A DNA stretch of 64,000 nucleotides from Waterburya sp. (GCA_965217895.1 CBDCJV010000002.1:3360001-3424000); one strand, 5' to 3'; shown: positions 10,144 to 20,666, counted from the stretch's first letter. The notes: a model not told the origin generated them from the sequence alone. A program made the numbers and translations.

Positions 10144-12612
10144 TTACATATCTGTCGTAGCAGTTACCGAATCTAGATGACTGTGATCTCCGTTATCTTT
10201 ATTAGAAGTTTGAGTTTTCGGTTCAATATTAATTACTATTTCTTGTCGATCAATAACTGGTAATTGATGGTCAGGTAATTCTAGCGATCGCAAGCATTTA
10301 TTCAAGCCATTTACTGACTGGTTATACTGTTTTATTTTCTCTTTTACTTCTAACTGCAATTTTTGATTTAGGGCAATTTTAGTAATAGCTTCTTGTTCTA
10401 AAGTTTGTTCTAGAAATGCTCTTGCTTGAGGATAATACTGCACTATTTTCTCTGCCTGTTGTTGCGCCATTGGCAACAATTGAGTCTTGATAGTTTGATT
10501 GATAGTTTGACGAAAATTACGACGAATTGTGGTCGAAACTTTTGGTTCAAAGTCTAACTTTAATAGCTGACGGATAGCAGGTTCGGCTTCTACCATGCTG
10601 GCGCAGTCATAACCTTGAGAAGTCTGCTGTAATGTCTGACGAAACTGATAGATAGAAAACGTTCCTTCATCATAAAAGCGTGGACTTTCCCGAACATAGC
10701 GATCGCATTCTGTTTTGGCTTCACTAACCAGGGCATGAATTAATTTAACTTCTAATTCTTTTAATTCTGCTTGAATACCAGTATCTTCACCCAGCAAACG
10801 ATCTAGTTGACGGTAATAGTCTTGTTGTTTAAAGCGATCGCTCAAACGCTGACAAAAGTTTTGAACCAGTACTTCTGATGCTGAAACTAAAATAACCTCA
10901 AGTTCGTTAGCCAAGTAGTACAAAGCTTCTACCAATACAGCAATAAGAGGCGCGGTTGCATTACGGGGATGGGATAAGGTAGCGCGACTATAGGCATCTT
11001 GTACTGAAAAGGTTTGCAGGAGTTCATCGAGACGACTTACCATTTGCGCTTTCAGCTTCTGAAAGTCTGATTCAAATTCAGAATTTTGGTTAGTAACGAT
11101 GGAATTTACTTCGCTGGCTAAATGTTGCGAGAATTCTTTACCAATTATCTGTAGCTTTTGGTTGAGTAGCGTTAACTCCTGAGTTTTCATCGCCTCAATC
11201 TCTTGGGGTTGATTATCCAACTTTTGAAGCTGCTTTAGGTAATGCTGTTTAAGATCGCTACAGATAGGCTTGAGATCTTCAGCTAAGTTAGCAAAAAGCT
11301 GAGGGCGTTTTTCTTCTGTCAGGTAGCGACTAATGGCACTACGAAATTCTTCAATGCCACTATCGGCAATCAATTGTTCAATTAAGGGCGTACCAAATTC
11401 ACTGAGAATACGAGTGTAGTTTTCATTCTGTGTTTCGTAGCTATTGACGGATACTCGAAAGTTCGTGCGAGTAAGTTTACCTGAGTTGGCGCAGTAATTG
11501 TTAAATTCACTCACAAACTGGGGTGTTTCTTCCTCTCCGCCAATGCCTTTGACACTTTCAGCAAATAGGGAATTTAAACCAAAGCGATCGCTGCTGCTGG
11601 TAGACTTAACTTGACTACCGTAGAATCCCAATAAGCCACTGGTTTTATATACCCGCTTGTTACCTCTAAACTCAGTTTGAATTAAGCTATCCAAACGCTG
11701 TCTTAATTGTCCGTTATACCAAGTCTGATCGATGCGATTAAAGACATAAAAAACGCGATCGCGTATTCCTAGATTAGACTTCATCTTTTCCATTAACTCG
11801 GTTTCTTCGGAAGTCATTTCTCCAGCAGAGGCAGGTTTAAGAACACAGATTACCGCCGAAGTATCGGGATGTTCGATTTTGCTGTAGGTAAGTTCGGCAT
11901 CTTTCTTAACGGGTGCGTCAATACCTGGCATATCTACGAGAACATTACCGTCTTCTAAAAGCGGATGATGACAGTAATATTCAACCTTAGTCAGTACCGC
12001 GCTATTGCTACCCCGTCTAGCATAAGTAGCTGCTTGAGATAAATTAGAGAAATTAAATTCCTCCATCGAATAAGTATTATTTTTCTGGGCATCAATGCGA
12101 TCGCGATTTGCTGCAAATCCTTTTAGCAGTAAAGCTAAAGCATTAGCCTTTTTTGCCCTTTCTGACTTACTTACACCGCCTTCTTGTTCAATAATTACAG
12201 CACAAGCCTGATGCAGTAAATTGATTATTTCTGGTTCATTAATATTATCTTTTGCTGATAATCCCAAATGCTGGCATAAACTAAGGGCTTGCTGTTTAAT
12301 TTCTGCTTCACTCAGAAAAGTCAGAACTACTCTCTCGGCTTCAGGTTCAGCGTATTCTATATAGCATTCTGTGCCTGTGGCGTGTCCTTCGGCACTATAA
12401 AGCAATTCCCGTTCCAGCAGTGCATTAATCAACATTGATTTACCTGCACTAAAAGCCCCTGCAAAAACAATTTCAAACTTAGGGGCGATCGCTTTTTTCA
12501 AAGAAGCTTCGGCAACTCGAACTTGCTGATTTGTATTTAATTCCGCTACTAAATCTAAAATGCTATTGACGTTATGGGCTAGTTGAGAACATTGAGGAAG
12601 AAGAAAACTCAT
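10144..12612 (-). CDS. Bacterial dynamin-like GTPase, SynDLP/KGK-clade type
   Basis: GAFSAGKS (G1), DMPG (G3), NRID (G4), HPRN motif, long helical stalk; KGK genes downstream. Confidence 0.9.
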   Translation of the reverse strand: MSFLLPQCSQLAHNVNSILDLVAELNTNQQVRVAEASLKKAIAPKFEIVFAGAFSAGKSMLINALLERELLYSAEGHATGTECYIEYAEPEAERVVLTFLSEAEIKQQALSLCQHLGLSAKDNINEPEIINLLHQACAVIIEQEGGVSKSERAKKANALALLLKGFAANRDRIDAQKNNTYSMEEFNFSNLSQAATYARRGSNSAVLTKVEYYCHHPLLEDGNVLVDMPGIDAPVKKDAELTYSKIEHPDTSAVICVLKPASAGEMTSEETELMEKMKSNLGIRDRVFYVFNRIDQTWYNGQLRQRLDSLIQTEFRGNKRVYKTSGLLGFYGSQVKSTSSSDRFGLNSLFAESVKGIGGEEETPQFVSEFNNYCANSGKLTRTNFRVSVNSYETQNENYTRILSEFGTPLIEQLIADSGIEEFRSAISRYLTEEKRPQLFANLAEDLKPICSDLKQHYLKQLQKLDNQPQEIEAMKTQELTLLNQKLQIIGKEFSQHLASEVNSIVTNQNSEFESDFQKLKAQMVSRLDELLQTFSVQDAYSRATLSHPRNATAPLIAVLVEALYYLANELEVILVSASEVLVQNFCQRLSDRFKQQDYYRQLDRLLGEDTGIQAELKELEVKLIHALVSEAKTECDRYVRESPRFYDEGTFSIYQFRQTLQQTSQGYDCASMVEAEPAIRQLLKLDFEPKVSTTIRRNFRQTINQTIKTQLLPMAQQQAEKIVQYYPQARAFLEQTLEQEAITKIALNQKLQLEVKEKIKQYNQSVNGLNKCLRSLELPDHQLPVIDRQEIVINIEPKTQTSNKDNGDHSHLDSVTATTDM

Positions 12613-12805
12613 AAAACTAAATAGGTTGTACTACTTAATCTAGAGTTCCCCCGCATCAATGATAAATATCTATTTGATTATGATTTTGTTGAATGGTGCG
12701 ATCGCATTTTCTAAGCAGAACTTTTTGATTAATACATTTATATTGTATTAATTTTGCAATACTGACAGATTTATTGTATAAAGATTTGAAGTAATTAAGA
12801 AATAT

Positions 12806-13327
12806 ATGATGCTAGGAGAAAACCATTATTTTGATAGGGGAGAAGTATATTTTCACGATCCTGACAATCCAGCAATACTTGCTTACAAAACCAAAGATTA
12901 TGTGATTGTTCGCAATAGTGAAATTATCAAGTTTTCAGTGTATCCTCACTCTATTTCCCATAAAAAAGTTATTGAATGGCTAAAAGGCTCAATCAGTTAC
13001 AAAGATAAAATAGTTACACCTGGTGGTAGAACGCTATCTTCAGATGGAAAGACTATCAGAAATAATACTGAATTTATCTACTTTATTTTTAATGCTGATA
13101 GCAATGCCATCAAAATTGGTAAAGCAAAAAATGTTTATAAAAGAATGAAGTCTTTACAAACTGCCACTCCTGCTTATCTAAAACTACTTAAAATTATAGA
13201 TGAAAAAGCTGGCAAAGAGGCAAGAGATACTGAACAATCATTGCACAGACAATTTAAACATCTAAAATTATTAGGAGAGTGGTTTAAATTTAATGATGAA
13301 TTACAAGAATTTATCAGACAACTTTGA
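12806..13327 (+). CDS. GIY-YIG (T5orf172/Mug113-like) nuclease domain protein
   Basis: FIYFI...IKIGKAKNVYKRMKSLQTA...EQSLHRQF...GEWF. Confidence 0.85.
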   Translation: MMLGENHYFDRGEVYFHDPDNPAILAYKTKDYVIVRNSEIIKFSVYPHSISHKKVIEWLKGSISYKDKIVTPGGRTLSSDGKTIRNNTEFIYFIFNADSNAIKIGKAKNVYKRMKSLQTATPAYLKLLKIIDEKAGKEARDTEQSLHRQFKHLKLLGEWFKFNDELQEFIRQL

Positions 13328-13339
13328 GGACAGATTGAT

Positions 13340-13927
13340 ATGAAAACGATAGGAATTTCATATGCAAGAGCTTGGAAATATAGTAAGCCTAGTTTAATGA
13401 ATAAAATTGAGCTTGGAAAGATATATTTTTTCATTGGCGGAAGCGCATACTTTCATAATCCTCAAATACCAGTCAGATTGAGTTACAAACACAAAGAGTT
13501 CTTCTTGATTAGAAAAAACCTCAAAATAAAAATTTCTATTTATCCTCGTTCACTTTCTAATCAGAAAATTATCGAATGGTTTAAAGCTTGGATTAGTAAA
13601 GAAGATATTTTATTTACTCCAGGTGGCGTAAAAATATTATCAAACGAAAAAGCTATATCAAATACACAAGAATATATTTATTTCATATTAAATATTGATA
13701 GTAACGCAGTCAAGATTGGCAGAGCAAAAGACGTTTTAAAGAGGCAAAGATCGCTTCAAGTTGCAAATCCTATGGAATTAATTCTGTTAAAGACTGTCCA
13801 AGTCAATTCTAGCAATGAAGCAAGGGAAAAAGAAAAAGCAGTTCATAATCAGTTTGATGATCTAAGGTTACTAGGTGAATGGTTTAAGTATGATGAGAAA
13901 TTACGTGAATTTATTGAAACTATCTAA
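13340..13927 (+). CDS. GIY-YIG (T5orf172/Mug113-like) nuclease domain protein, tandem paralog
   Basis: YIYFI...VKIGRAKD..KRQRSLQVA...EKAVHNQF...GEWF; colinear with the previous ORF; start may be the second Met. Confidence 0.85.
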   Translation: MKTIGISYARAWKYSKPSLMNKIELGKIYFFIGGSAYFHNPQIPVRLSYKHKEFFLIRKNLKIKISIYPRSLSNQKIIEWFKAWISKEDILFTPGGVKILSNEKAISNTQEYIYFILNIDSNAVKIGRAKDVLKRQRSLQVANPMELILLKTVQVNSSNEAREKEKAVHNQFDDLRLLGEWFKYDEKLREFIETI

Positions 13928-14106
13928 AGCTTCTTAGTATGTATAGTATTACGTATAAACGTGTTTTACATTTTGTAAATTACTACTCTTTACTCTCTAC
14001 TCTCGCGCTAAAGAATACTTTCCGATGTTGAACCATGCGCGGGGGTCGCTCGCCTACTTACGAACCTATAGTTTTTGTGTCTTCATCCAATTTTATACGA
14101 CTATAA

Positions 14107-15156
14107 CTATTCATTCTCATTGTTAATTCCTCTAGACTTAAGGAGGCGCAAACGCTTTTTACGGGCAATTTCCTGTAAGTCTACATTGCGATCGGTTTCA
14201 TCGACAATTTCTCCTGTGAGAACTTCTAAAACATCTTCTAGGGTAACTACTCCTGCCACGCCACCATATTCATCCAACACCACCGCCAAGTGTTCGCGGT
14301 TTTCCTGGAATACTTTGAGAAGTTTGTCGGCGCGATTAGTTTCGGGGACAAAATGAACAGGACGCTTGAGGGTATTAATTTGGCGATCGCCATTTCCTGT
14401 AATCATAGCGGTTAATAGTTCATCTTTTAGCACCAAACCCGTCACGTTATCAATAGTGTCATCAATGACTAAAATGCGAGTATGCTGAGATTTAATAATA
14501 TCCTGTTGGGATTGATCCAAAGTTTGATCGCCTTTTAAGTAGGTAATAATAATTCGGGGAGTCATCAAATCCGAGGCGTTGAGGTCGTTTAGCTGAAATA
14601 CCCTTTGAATCATCTCCGCTTCGTCATCTTCAATTACTCCTTCTTGAAAACCAATATTAGTCAAAAATTTAATTTCTGCTTCATCGGTAGTGGGAAGTTT
14701 TTTTCCTTGGGTAAATGGCGCAGTAGCGTATTCAACTAACATGACTATAGGCGTAAAAATTACCGTTAAATATTTAACAGGAATTGCCATAAATAAACAA
14801 ATTGGTTCAGCATAGCGTTGACAGATTGTTTTAGGTGCGATTTCACCAAAAACTATAATCAAAAAAGTAAAAATCCCTGAAAAAACACCCAACCAAGCAT
14901 CTCCCAAAACTTTTGTAGTCAGATTACCAATAAAAATACTGCCGACGATATTAAAAATATTGTTGAGAATTACAATTGTGGCGAGAGGTCGATTTATCTT
15001 GAGACGAATGCTTGCCAAGGCTAAGGCTGCGGGCTTCTTAGTTTGAGCCAGTTGTCTAACTTTAATGGGAGAAATGGTTAGTAGTGCCGTTTCCGTTCCC
15101 GAACAAATAGCCGAACCAAGTATAACTATGGCGACGACAATAATCAGAGCAAGCAT
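14107..15156 (-). CDS. CNNM/DUF21-CBS (HlyC/CorC-like) membrane protein
   Basis: SGTETAL, FGEIAPK, MTPR, VLDEYGGVAGVVTLEDVLE. Confidence 0.93.
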   Translation of the reverse strand: MLALIIVVAIVILGSAICSGTETALLTISPIKVRQLAQTKKPAALALASIRLKINRPLATIVILNNIFNIVGSIFIGNLTTKVLGDAWLGVFSGIFTFLIIVFGEIAPKTICQRYAEPICLFMAIPVKYLTVIFTPIVMLVEYATAPFTQGKKLPTTDEAEIKFLTNIGFQEGVIEDDEAEMIQRVFQLNDLNASDLMTPRIIITYLKGDQTLDQSQQDIIKSQHTRILVIDDTIDNVTGLVLKDELLTAMITGNGDRQINTLKRPVHFVPETNRADKLLKVFQENREHLAVVLDEYGGVAGVVTLEDVLEVLTGEIVDETDRNVDLQEIARKKRLRLLKSRGINNENE

Positions 15157-15216
15157 ATAAAAAATTGATTGTTAATTCTAATATAATCTAAAAGCAAAGA
15201 TAAACATGATTACTTA

Positions 15217-15408
15217 TACTAAATTTGATTCAGGTAGGTTACTTAACTTTCGATTAGTAAGTAGTAGGTGGTTAGTCGTTTGTAGTTTTTGGCGGCTACG
15301 AACTACAAAGGAGACTTGCCTTTGCGCCTGACGGCGACGCAGGCTTCCTCCTTCAAACTACGAACGACTAACTTAATGTTTAAGGTATTTTCCCAATCGG
15401 ATTTAGTA
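15217..15408. mobile_element. MITE (TIR TACTAAAT), copy carrying a ~48-bp GC-rich hairpin insert
   Basis: TTA|TACTAAAT...ATTTAGTA|TTA; aligns with the reverse complement of 59131-59280. Confidence 0.85.
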
Positions 15409-18321
15409 TTACTCTAATAATTCAACAATTCCTGTTAGACCATCTATTCTTACCCTTTGACCGTTTTGAAGTAAACTAGTAGCATTAGTAATATCCATCA
15501 CCGCAGGAATCTTATATTCCCTGGCAACAATTGCCCCATGGGATAAACGACCACCAACTTCTGAAATCAGTCCCCCTGCACGGGCTAAAACGGGTGACCA
15601 ACCAGCATCAGTATAGGGAACAACCAGGATAGTCTGGCCGTCAATCTTGGTCATTTGTTCCAGACTAGATACAATTTTGATCACTCCTTCTACCTGACCA
15701 ACACTAGTACCTATTCCTTGAAACTTTCGTTGAGAATTAGATACTGCTGGTGTAATTAAGGCTGAAGCTTCAGGCTTACCATAGATAAGCTTGGGCATGG
15801 AAGTTAATTTTTTGTCTTGCTGCCACTGTTGTTTTCTCTGCTTAACTAACTCAGGTAATTGCTCAACTGCCTGAGCATCTTGTTCAATTAAAGCAACAAT
15901 TTCTTCGAGCTTGAGTAAAAATATATCTCCTGAATTGTCAATCAAACCTCGATCTAACCACTGCTGCTCTAGTGCTAAAAAGCTCCAGCGTAGATTTGCC
16001 AACAGTTTATTATATGTCTCCCCGACTACGGCTTTAAGATCTAATCTTTTTTGGATTAACTTAGCTTTCCAAGACTGCTGAAGAATCACTGATGATTGAG
16101 CCTGTTTTGCTCCTTGAGCATCAAAGAAAAATCGCGTAAACATTTGCCTGGGAATACTGGGCTTATCTCGCCAACGAGGGACGGCGATATCTGTCGCTAT
16201 TTCACTAAGATAGCCATACTCAGAGAGCCAAAGATTAAATCGATCCATAATACTCGTTCCCTCTGGATTCTCAGCAATATGAGCAAAAAGAGACGCACTA
16301 GAATCAAAGGTAATTTTTTCGGCGGTTAACAATTTGCGAGTTTGGGTAGCAACCTCCGCCAAAGTTTTGACGGCTTTGACTTCTGGTATTTGACTATTAT
16401 CTAATTCGGCTTCATTTACTTTAAAAATTGCTTGACGTATTGCCAAACTCAAAGGTGCAAGAATATTGTAGTAGGTAACTTTATCCAGTAACCCTAAAAT
16501 AGTGTTGATGCGGTCAATAAGTTCGGCTGAGGATAACTCATTAGCAGGTTGTGTTCCAATCACAGATAAAATCGGTTCAAACTTAAGGCGATCGCCTTCA
16601 AAGCTTTTACCTAAATTCCACTCTCGCTTAAATAGTCGCCACAGCCCAGGTAAGTTCTTGATTGTAGACATCAAGGGCGGCTTACTAAATGCTGAGCCTC
16701 TGGTCAGAAATTCTAAACTTTCTGGAGGTAAACCCATGCGACGAAAGATAGTTCCTAACAGGGTTACATTAAAATAGGCACTGGCAAAATGCAGAGTTGC
16801 AGTCTCTTCAAAGTTTAAATCTCTAGCACGATCGCCTAAAACAATTGTAAATAGTTTACCCCATACACCGCAGGTTAAGGGTTGGTTGATTGACCAAGTA
16901 AGAGGGCGAATCTTGCCAGGAATAACTTCGGCGGCGATTCGTCTTGTCCAAATCGGCTGAAGGTTAGTAATTGGACGCACCTGTAACAGCCACAGCTTAT
17001 CACCATCGTAAGTCCATTCAAGATCTTGGGGAATGCCTTCAAAAAGGTCTTCCATTTCTCTTGCCAGAAGTGCTGCTGATTCAATAATATCTGCGGGAAT
17101 AATTGCCCTATCATCCTGAATATTTTCTGCGGTTACGGTTATAGTTGCATCAGCCAAAGAAGCTTCAGGAATCGCTACTCGATATCTTTGAGGCGTAAAC
17201 CTGCCTGAAACAATTTTAGAAGCTTTACCAGGTAGAGCTTCTACTGCTACGGTATCGTTTAGCCGATCTACAGGATCGCGACTAAAAGCCACCCCGCTAT
17301 ATATTCCTTCAATCTGCTTTTGAATTAAAACCGCCATTGACTCGTCCGATTGCCGACTATGACGACGATAATCTTTAGCATGAGTATTGGTATAAGAACT
17401 TTGACAGCTAATAATAGCCGAACGTAGTTTCTTCTTACTAGTAACATTTAAAATACTTAAATACTGTCCCGCAGCCGAAGCGGTTGCCGAGTCTTCCCCC
17501 ACGGCTGAAGAGCGTACAATTAAAGGAGATTTAGGCGATGGCTCAAGGGCAGCCACCAAAGCTTCTAGATTATCTCCTGGGCGCAATACCCAACCTTCTA
17601 CCACAGGATATCCTTTTCTTTTGAGCAGAGAAAGATTAGCTGCTTTTGCACCTACCTGATTGGCATTCAATCGACTGTTGAGATTAATAATACTAGTGTC
17701 TCCCTGAAAAAAACGAAACATTTTATTAGTGCTAGCTTGTGCAGCAGTATTGGATAAATCAAGATCATCTGGTATGTTTTGATAAATCCAAGCCAACAAA
17801 CTAGCTAAAGCAAAAGTAGCTACCGCATACTCTAAGTGATCTGGATTACGTAAGCCAATAATTATCACCAGTAAAACTAATGCACCATATTTACCCGTAG
17901 TGCGATTGCGAATTATGGTAAAGCTAACTAGACTAATCAACCATGTTAGCCCCGCAGCAATCGGATCGTGTGCCACAATTCCCCAGACGGCATTAGTTGT
18001 CCCCGCGCTTTTGCCAATCCAGTAACGCCCCATTACTAAAGCAATTATCGCCACAATCTCCCACACTGAACCAACAGGAAAAAAAATTCTGGCTAACAAA
18101 ACTGCAATAATTCCCTTTGCTGCTTCGGAGAGTATAGCCAAGATTCCTGCTAGCTTGCCACCATGATAAAAAGCTGCCGAGACTGAAATATTACCAGTTC
18201 CCAATTTTCTTAGCTGGCGACCAGTTATTGTATATGTAATCCAGTCTATCAGAGGAATTCCCCCCAACAATGGACAGACAATAAAAATGGTAAGGCAACC
18301 CCAAATGGGTGTCAGGTTCAT
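15409..18321 (-). CDS. PlsY-like membrane domain fused to a PEP/pyruvate-binding ATP-grasp domain and a phospho-His swivel domain
   Basis: GTGNISVSAA and EAAKG (PlsY); GAKAANL, VRSSA..ED...SAAGQY, QDLEW, LLQVRPIT; TDAGWSP...GGRLSHGAIVAREYKIPAV. Confidence 0.88.
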   Translation of the reverse strand: MNLTPIWGCLTIFIVCPLLGGIPLIDWITYTITGRQLRKLGTGNISVSAAFYHGGKLAGILAILSEAAKGIIAVLLARIFFPVGSVWEIVAIIALVMGRYWIGKSAGTTNAVWGIVAHDPIAAGLTWLISLVSFTIIRNRTTGKYGALVLLVIIIGLRNPDHLEYAVATFALASLLAWIYQNIPDDLDLSNTAAQASTNKMFRFFQGDTSIINLNSRLNANQVGAKAANLSLLKRKGYPVVEGWVLRPGDNLEALVAALEPSPKSPLIVRSSAVGEDSATASAAGQYLSILNVTSKKKLRSAIISCQSSYTNTHAKDYRRHSRQSDESMAVLIQKQIEGIYSGVAFSRDPVDRLNDTVAVEALPGKASKIVSGRFTPQRYRVAIPEASLADATITVTAENIQDDRAIIPADIIESAALLAREMEDLFEGIPQDLEWTYDGDKLWLLQVRPITNLQPIWTRRIAAEVIPGKIRPLTWSINQPLTCGVWGKLFTIVLGDRARDLNFEETATLHFASAYFNVTLLGTIFRRMGLPPESLEFLTRGSAFSKPPLMSTIKNLPGLWRLFKREWNLGKSFEGDRLKFEPILSVIGTQPANELSSAELIDRINTILGLLDKVTYYNILAPLSLAIRQAIFKVNEAELDNSQIPEVKAVKTLAEVATQTRKLLTAEKITFDSSASLFAHIAENPEGTSIMDRFNLWLSEYGYLSEIATDIAVPRWRDKPSIPRQMFTRFFFDAQGAKQAQSSVILQQSWKAKLIQKRLDLKAVVGETYNKLLANLRWSFLALEQQWLDRGLIDNSGDIFLLKLEEIVALIEQDAQAVEQLPELVKQRKQQWQQDKKLTSMPKLIYGKPEASALITPAVSNSQRKFQGIGTSVGQVEGVIKIVSSLEQMTKIDGQTILVVPYTDAGWSPVLARAGGLISEVGGRLSHGAIVAREYKIPAVMDITNATSLLQNGQRVRIDGLTGIVELLE

Positions 18322-18524
18322 GGTTCTAAATCAATACTCTCAATAATCAAATCTTCTTCTCAATTTACTATGCCGATGATTGTATTGCCTTATTGTATCT
18401 ATTTGTAATTAATCGAGAGGTTTAGTCAATAAAATTAAAATTAGCTGGATAACGCCAAAACTTTTTTATTTTCTATTTGACAATAGTTTCGTTAACGTTA
18501 ATCTATAAACTTTACTCGTTAAAA

Positions 18525-19133
18525 ATGCAAGAATACTTAACTTCAACAACGATCATAGATTGGCAGAAGCCCAATATTCTGCAATTAGCCCAACAATTAG
18601 GAGCGTCTGATGCAAATACAACTGCTAAAGTCTGTTTTGAATGGGTTCGAGATAATATTTTTCACAGTAGCGATTATAAAATGAATCCTCTAACCTGTAA
18701 GGCTTCAGAGGTATTACAGCATAAAACTGGCTATTGCTATGGCAAGAGTCATCTGTTGGCAGCTTTGTTACGTGCTAATTCTATTCCCGCAGGCTTATGT
18801 TATCAAAGACTAAGCGTGTTCGATAATGGTACGCCCTATTCTTTGCATGGGTTTAATGCTGTTTATTTGCCTGAATATGGCTGGTATCGCTTAGATGCAC
18901 GGGGTAACAAAATGGGAGTAAATGCTCAATTCACACCACCCCAAGAACAATTAGCCTTTGGAATTAATTTTCCTGAAGAATTTGACTGCCAGCATATTTT
19001 TGCTGAACCTTTGCCAGAAGTAGTTGAAGCACTACAAAGCCATACTACTTGGGATGGGATGTTACATAATTTACCTAATGTTGAGCGGAATTATTTAGCT
19101 GCATTTGAGTCTAAAAATATTAAAAGTGTCTAG
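18525..19133 (+). CDS. Transglutaminase-like protein
   Basis: GYCYGKSHLLAALLRANSIPA, HGFNAV, WYRLDARG (Cys-His-Asp triad). Confidence 0.9.
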   Translation: MQEYLTSTTIIDWQKPNILQLAQQLGASDANTTAKVCFEWVRDNIFHSSDYKMNPLTCKASEVLQHKTGYCYGKSHLLAALLRANSIPAGLCYQRLSVFDNGTPYSLHGFNAVYLPEYGWYRLDARGNKMGVNAQFTPPQEQLAFGINFPEEFDCQHIFAEPLPEVVEALQSHTTWDGMLHNLPNVERNYLAAFESKNIKSV

Positions 19134-19224
19134 CTAATCTACATACAGGTACAAAATCATAATCATAGAAAGAACGGTTTCCAGGCTGTACCTATAACTA
19201 GCTGTACTGTTGAATTGCGATCGC
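19131..19224 (+). repeat. Direct repeat copy 1 (~90 bp, ends in HIP1)
   Basis: About 85% identical by eye to 20753-20841. Confidence 0.9.
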
Positions 19225-19260
19225 TCTTTCTCAAAGTCAACTATACTTACTAACTATTTA

Positions 19261-19608
19261 TTAGCCCATGTTTTCTAACCGTTTTAGCTTATCGACAAGA
19301 TGGCATCTAAACTCTTGAAGTTGACTAATCTTCTCATCCATTTCGGCGATTTTGCTGCGAGTGAGCCGAGCTTTATCTTTGGGTGAAAGTAAGTCCCACT
19401 CATCCATCGCTTTCTTAATTTCCCTGAGTGTAAATCCCAGGGCTTTTCCATGCTTGATAAATTCTAAACGCGATACATCTTCATCATCGTAGTGACGATA
19501 GTTATTTTCTCTACGCTTGTTGTTTGAGTTTAGGAGTCCAGCTTTCTCGTAAAAACGAAGCGTGTCTTTCGATACTCCTGCTTTTTGGGAGAGTTCACTA
19601 ATCAACAT
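19261..19608 (-). CDS. MerR family regulator
   Basis: ISELSQKAGVSKDTLRFYEKAGLL...NNYRHY...LGFTLREIK. Confidence 0.93.
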   Translation of the reverse strand: MLISELSQKAGVSKDTLRFYEKAGLLNSNNKRRENNYRHYDDEDVSRLEFIKHGKALGFTLREIKKAMDEWDLLSPKDKARLTRSKIAEMDEKISQLQEFRCHLVDKLKRLENMG

Positions 19609-19641
19609 AAAATACTGAGCTAAGGAGTTTAAAATTAGTCC

Positions 19642-19673
19642 TTGACATTGGAGTATACTCCATACTTTAAGTT
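19642..19673 (+). promoter_or_regulatory. MerR-type promoter/operator for the SDR gene
   Basis: TTGACA, long (~20 bp) spacer containing the perfect dyad TGGAGTATACTCCA, then TAAGTT. Confidence 0.8.
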
Positions 19674-19706
19674 TGACATAGTTCTTAAATTTACGGGTTA
19701 GACACT

Positions 19707-20666
19707 ATGCAAAATTCAACCAAAGCAAGCAAAACAGTGATCATTACAGGCGCAACCAGTGGTTTAGGCTATTACTGCGCTGAGGCGATCGCCAGATCTG
19801 GGCAAGACTGGCACATCATCATCGCTAGTCGAAATCTGTCCAGAGTTGAAGAAGCTGTTTGTACCTTGATAGCTGAAACTGAATATCCACATATTGAGGG
19901 AATGGCTCTCGATTTGGCATCACTGGCATCTGTTCGTCAGTTCGCACAGGATTTCATAACCAGAGAACGCCCGCCTTTACAGGCGATCGTTTGTAATGCA
20001 GGAGTTCAAATCGTTTCAGATACGCTCTACACAGAAGATGGGTTTGAGATGACGTTTGGTGTAAATCATTTAGGACACTTTCTACTCGTCAATCTGCTTT
20101 TGCCACAGTTGGGCGATCGCTCTCGCATTGTATTTGTCAGCAGTGGCACACACGATCCAGATACAAACACTGGAATGCCAAAACCGCAATATCAACCTGC
20201 GAAACTTCTTGCCTTCCCTGACAATAATAACCATTACACAGATATTGGGAATACGGGACGAAGACGCTATACCACTTCTAAACTCTGCAATCTTCTCTGT
20301 ACTTACGAGCTTTCACGTCGCTTGCAAAAGCAACAGTCAAATATTACGGCGAATGCTTTCGAGCCAGGTTTAATGCTCGACACAAACCTTGGTCGAGACT
20401 ATAGCGAAGCAGAACTCTCTGCTTTAGGTACAGCCATTCCACGGTCTGTTTTAGAGAACGCTAAAGACTCTAAAACTATGGGAAGTATCCTTGCTAAACT
20501 TGTTCTCGATCCCTCACTTGATCGTGTTACAGGTCAATATTTCGATGGACTGGAGGAAGTTAGATCTTCTGATGAATCCTATGATGAACAGAAAGCAACC
20601 GAACTTTGGGAATCTAGTGCGAAGTTGATCGAACTTTCACCCAAAGAAGCAAGTCTTCTGCAATAA
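19707..20666 (+). CDS. Short-chain dehydrogenase/reductase (POR/retinol-dehydrogenase-like)
   Basis: TGATSGLG, CNAG, VNHLGHF, YTTSK. Confidence 0.93.
   Translation: MQNSTKASKTVIITGATSGLGYYCAEAIARSGQDWHIIIASRNLSRVEEAVCTLIAETEYPHIEGMALDLASLASVRQFAQDFITRERPPLQAIVCNAGVQIVSDTLYTEDGFEMTFGVNHLGHFLLVNLLLPQLGDRSRIVFVSSGTHDPDTNTGMPKPQYQPAKLLAFPDNNNHYTDIGNTGRRRYTTSKLCNLLCTYELSRRLQKQQSNITANAFEPGLMLDTNLGRDYSEAELSALGTAIPRSVLENAKDSKTMGSILAKLVLDPSLDRVTGQYFDGLEEVRSSDESYDEQKATELWESSAKLIELSPKEASLLQ

Noticed and set aside
14000..14070. GC-richer intergenic patch as an ncRNA
   Set aside because: No convincing structure or second copy seen.
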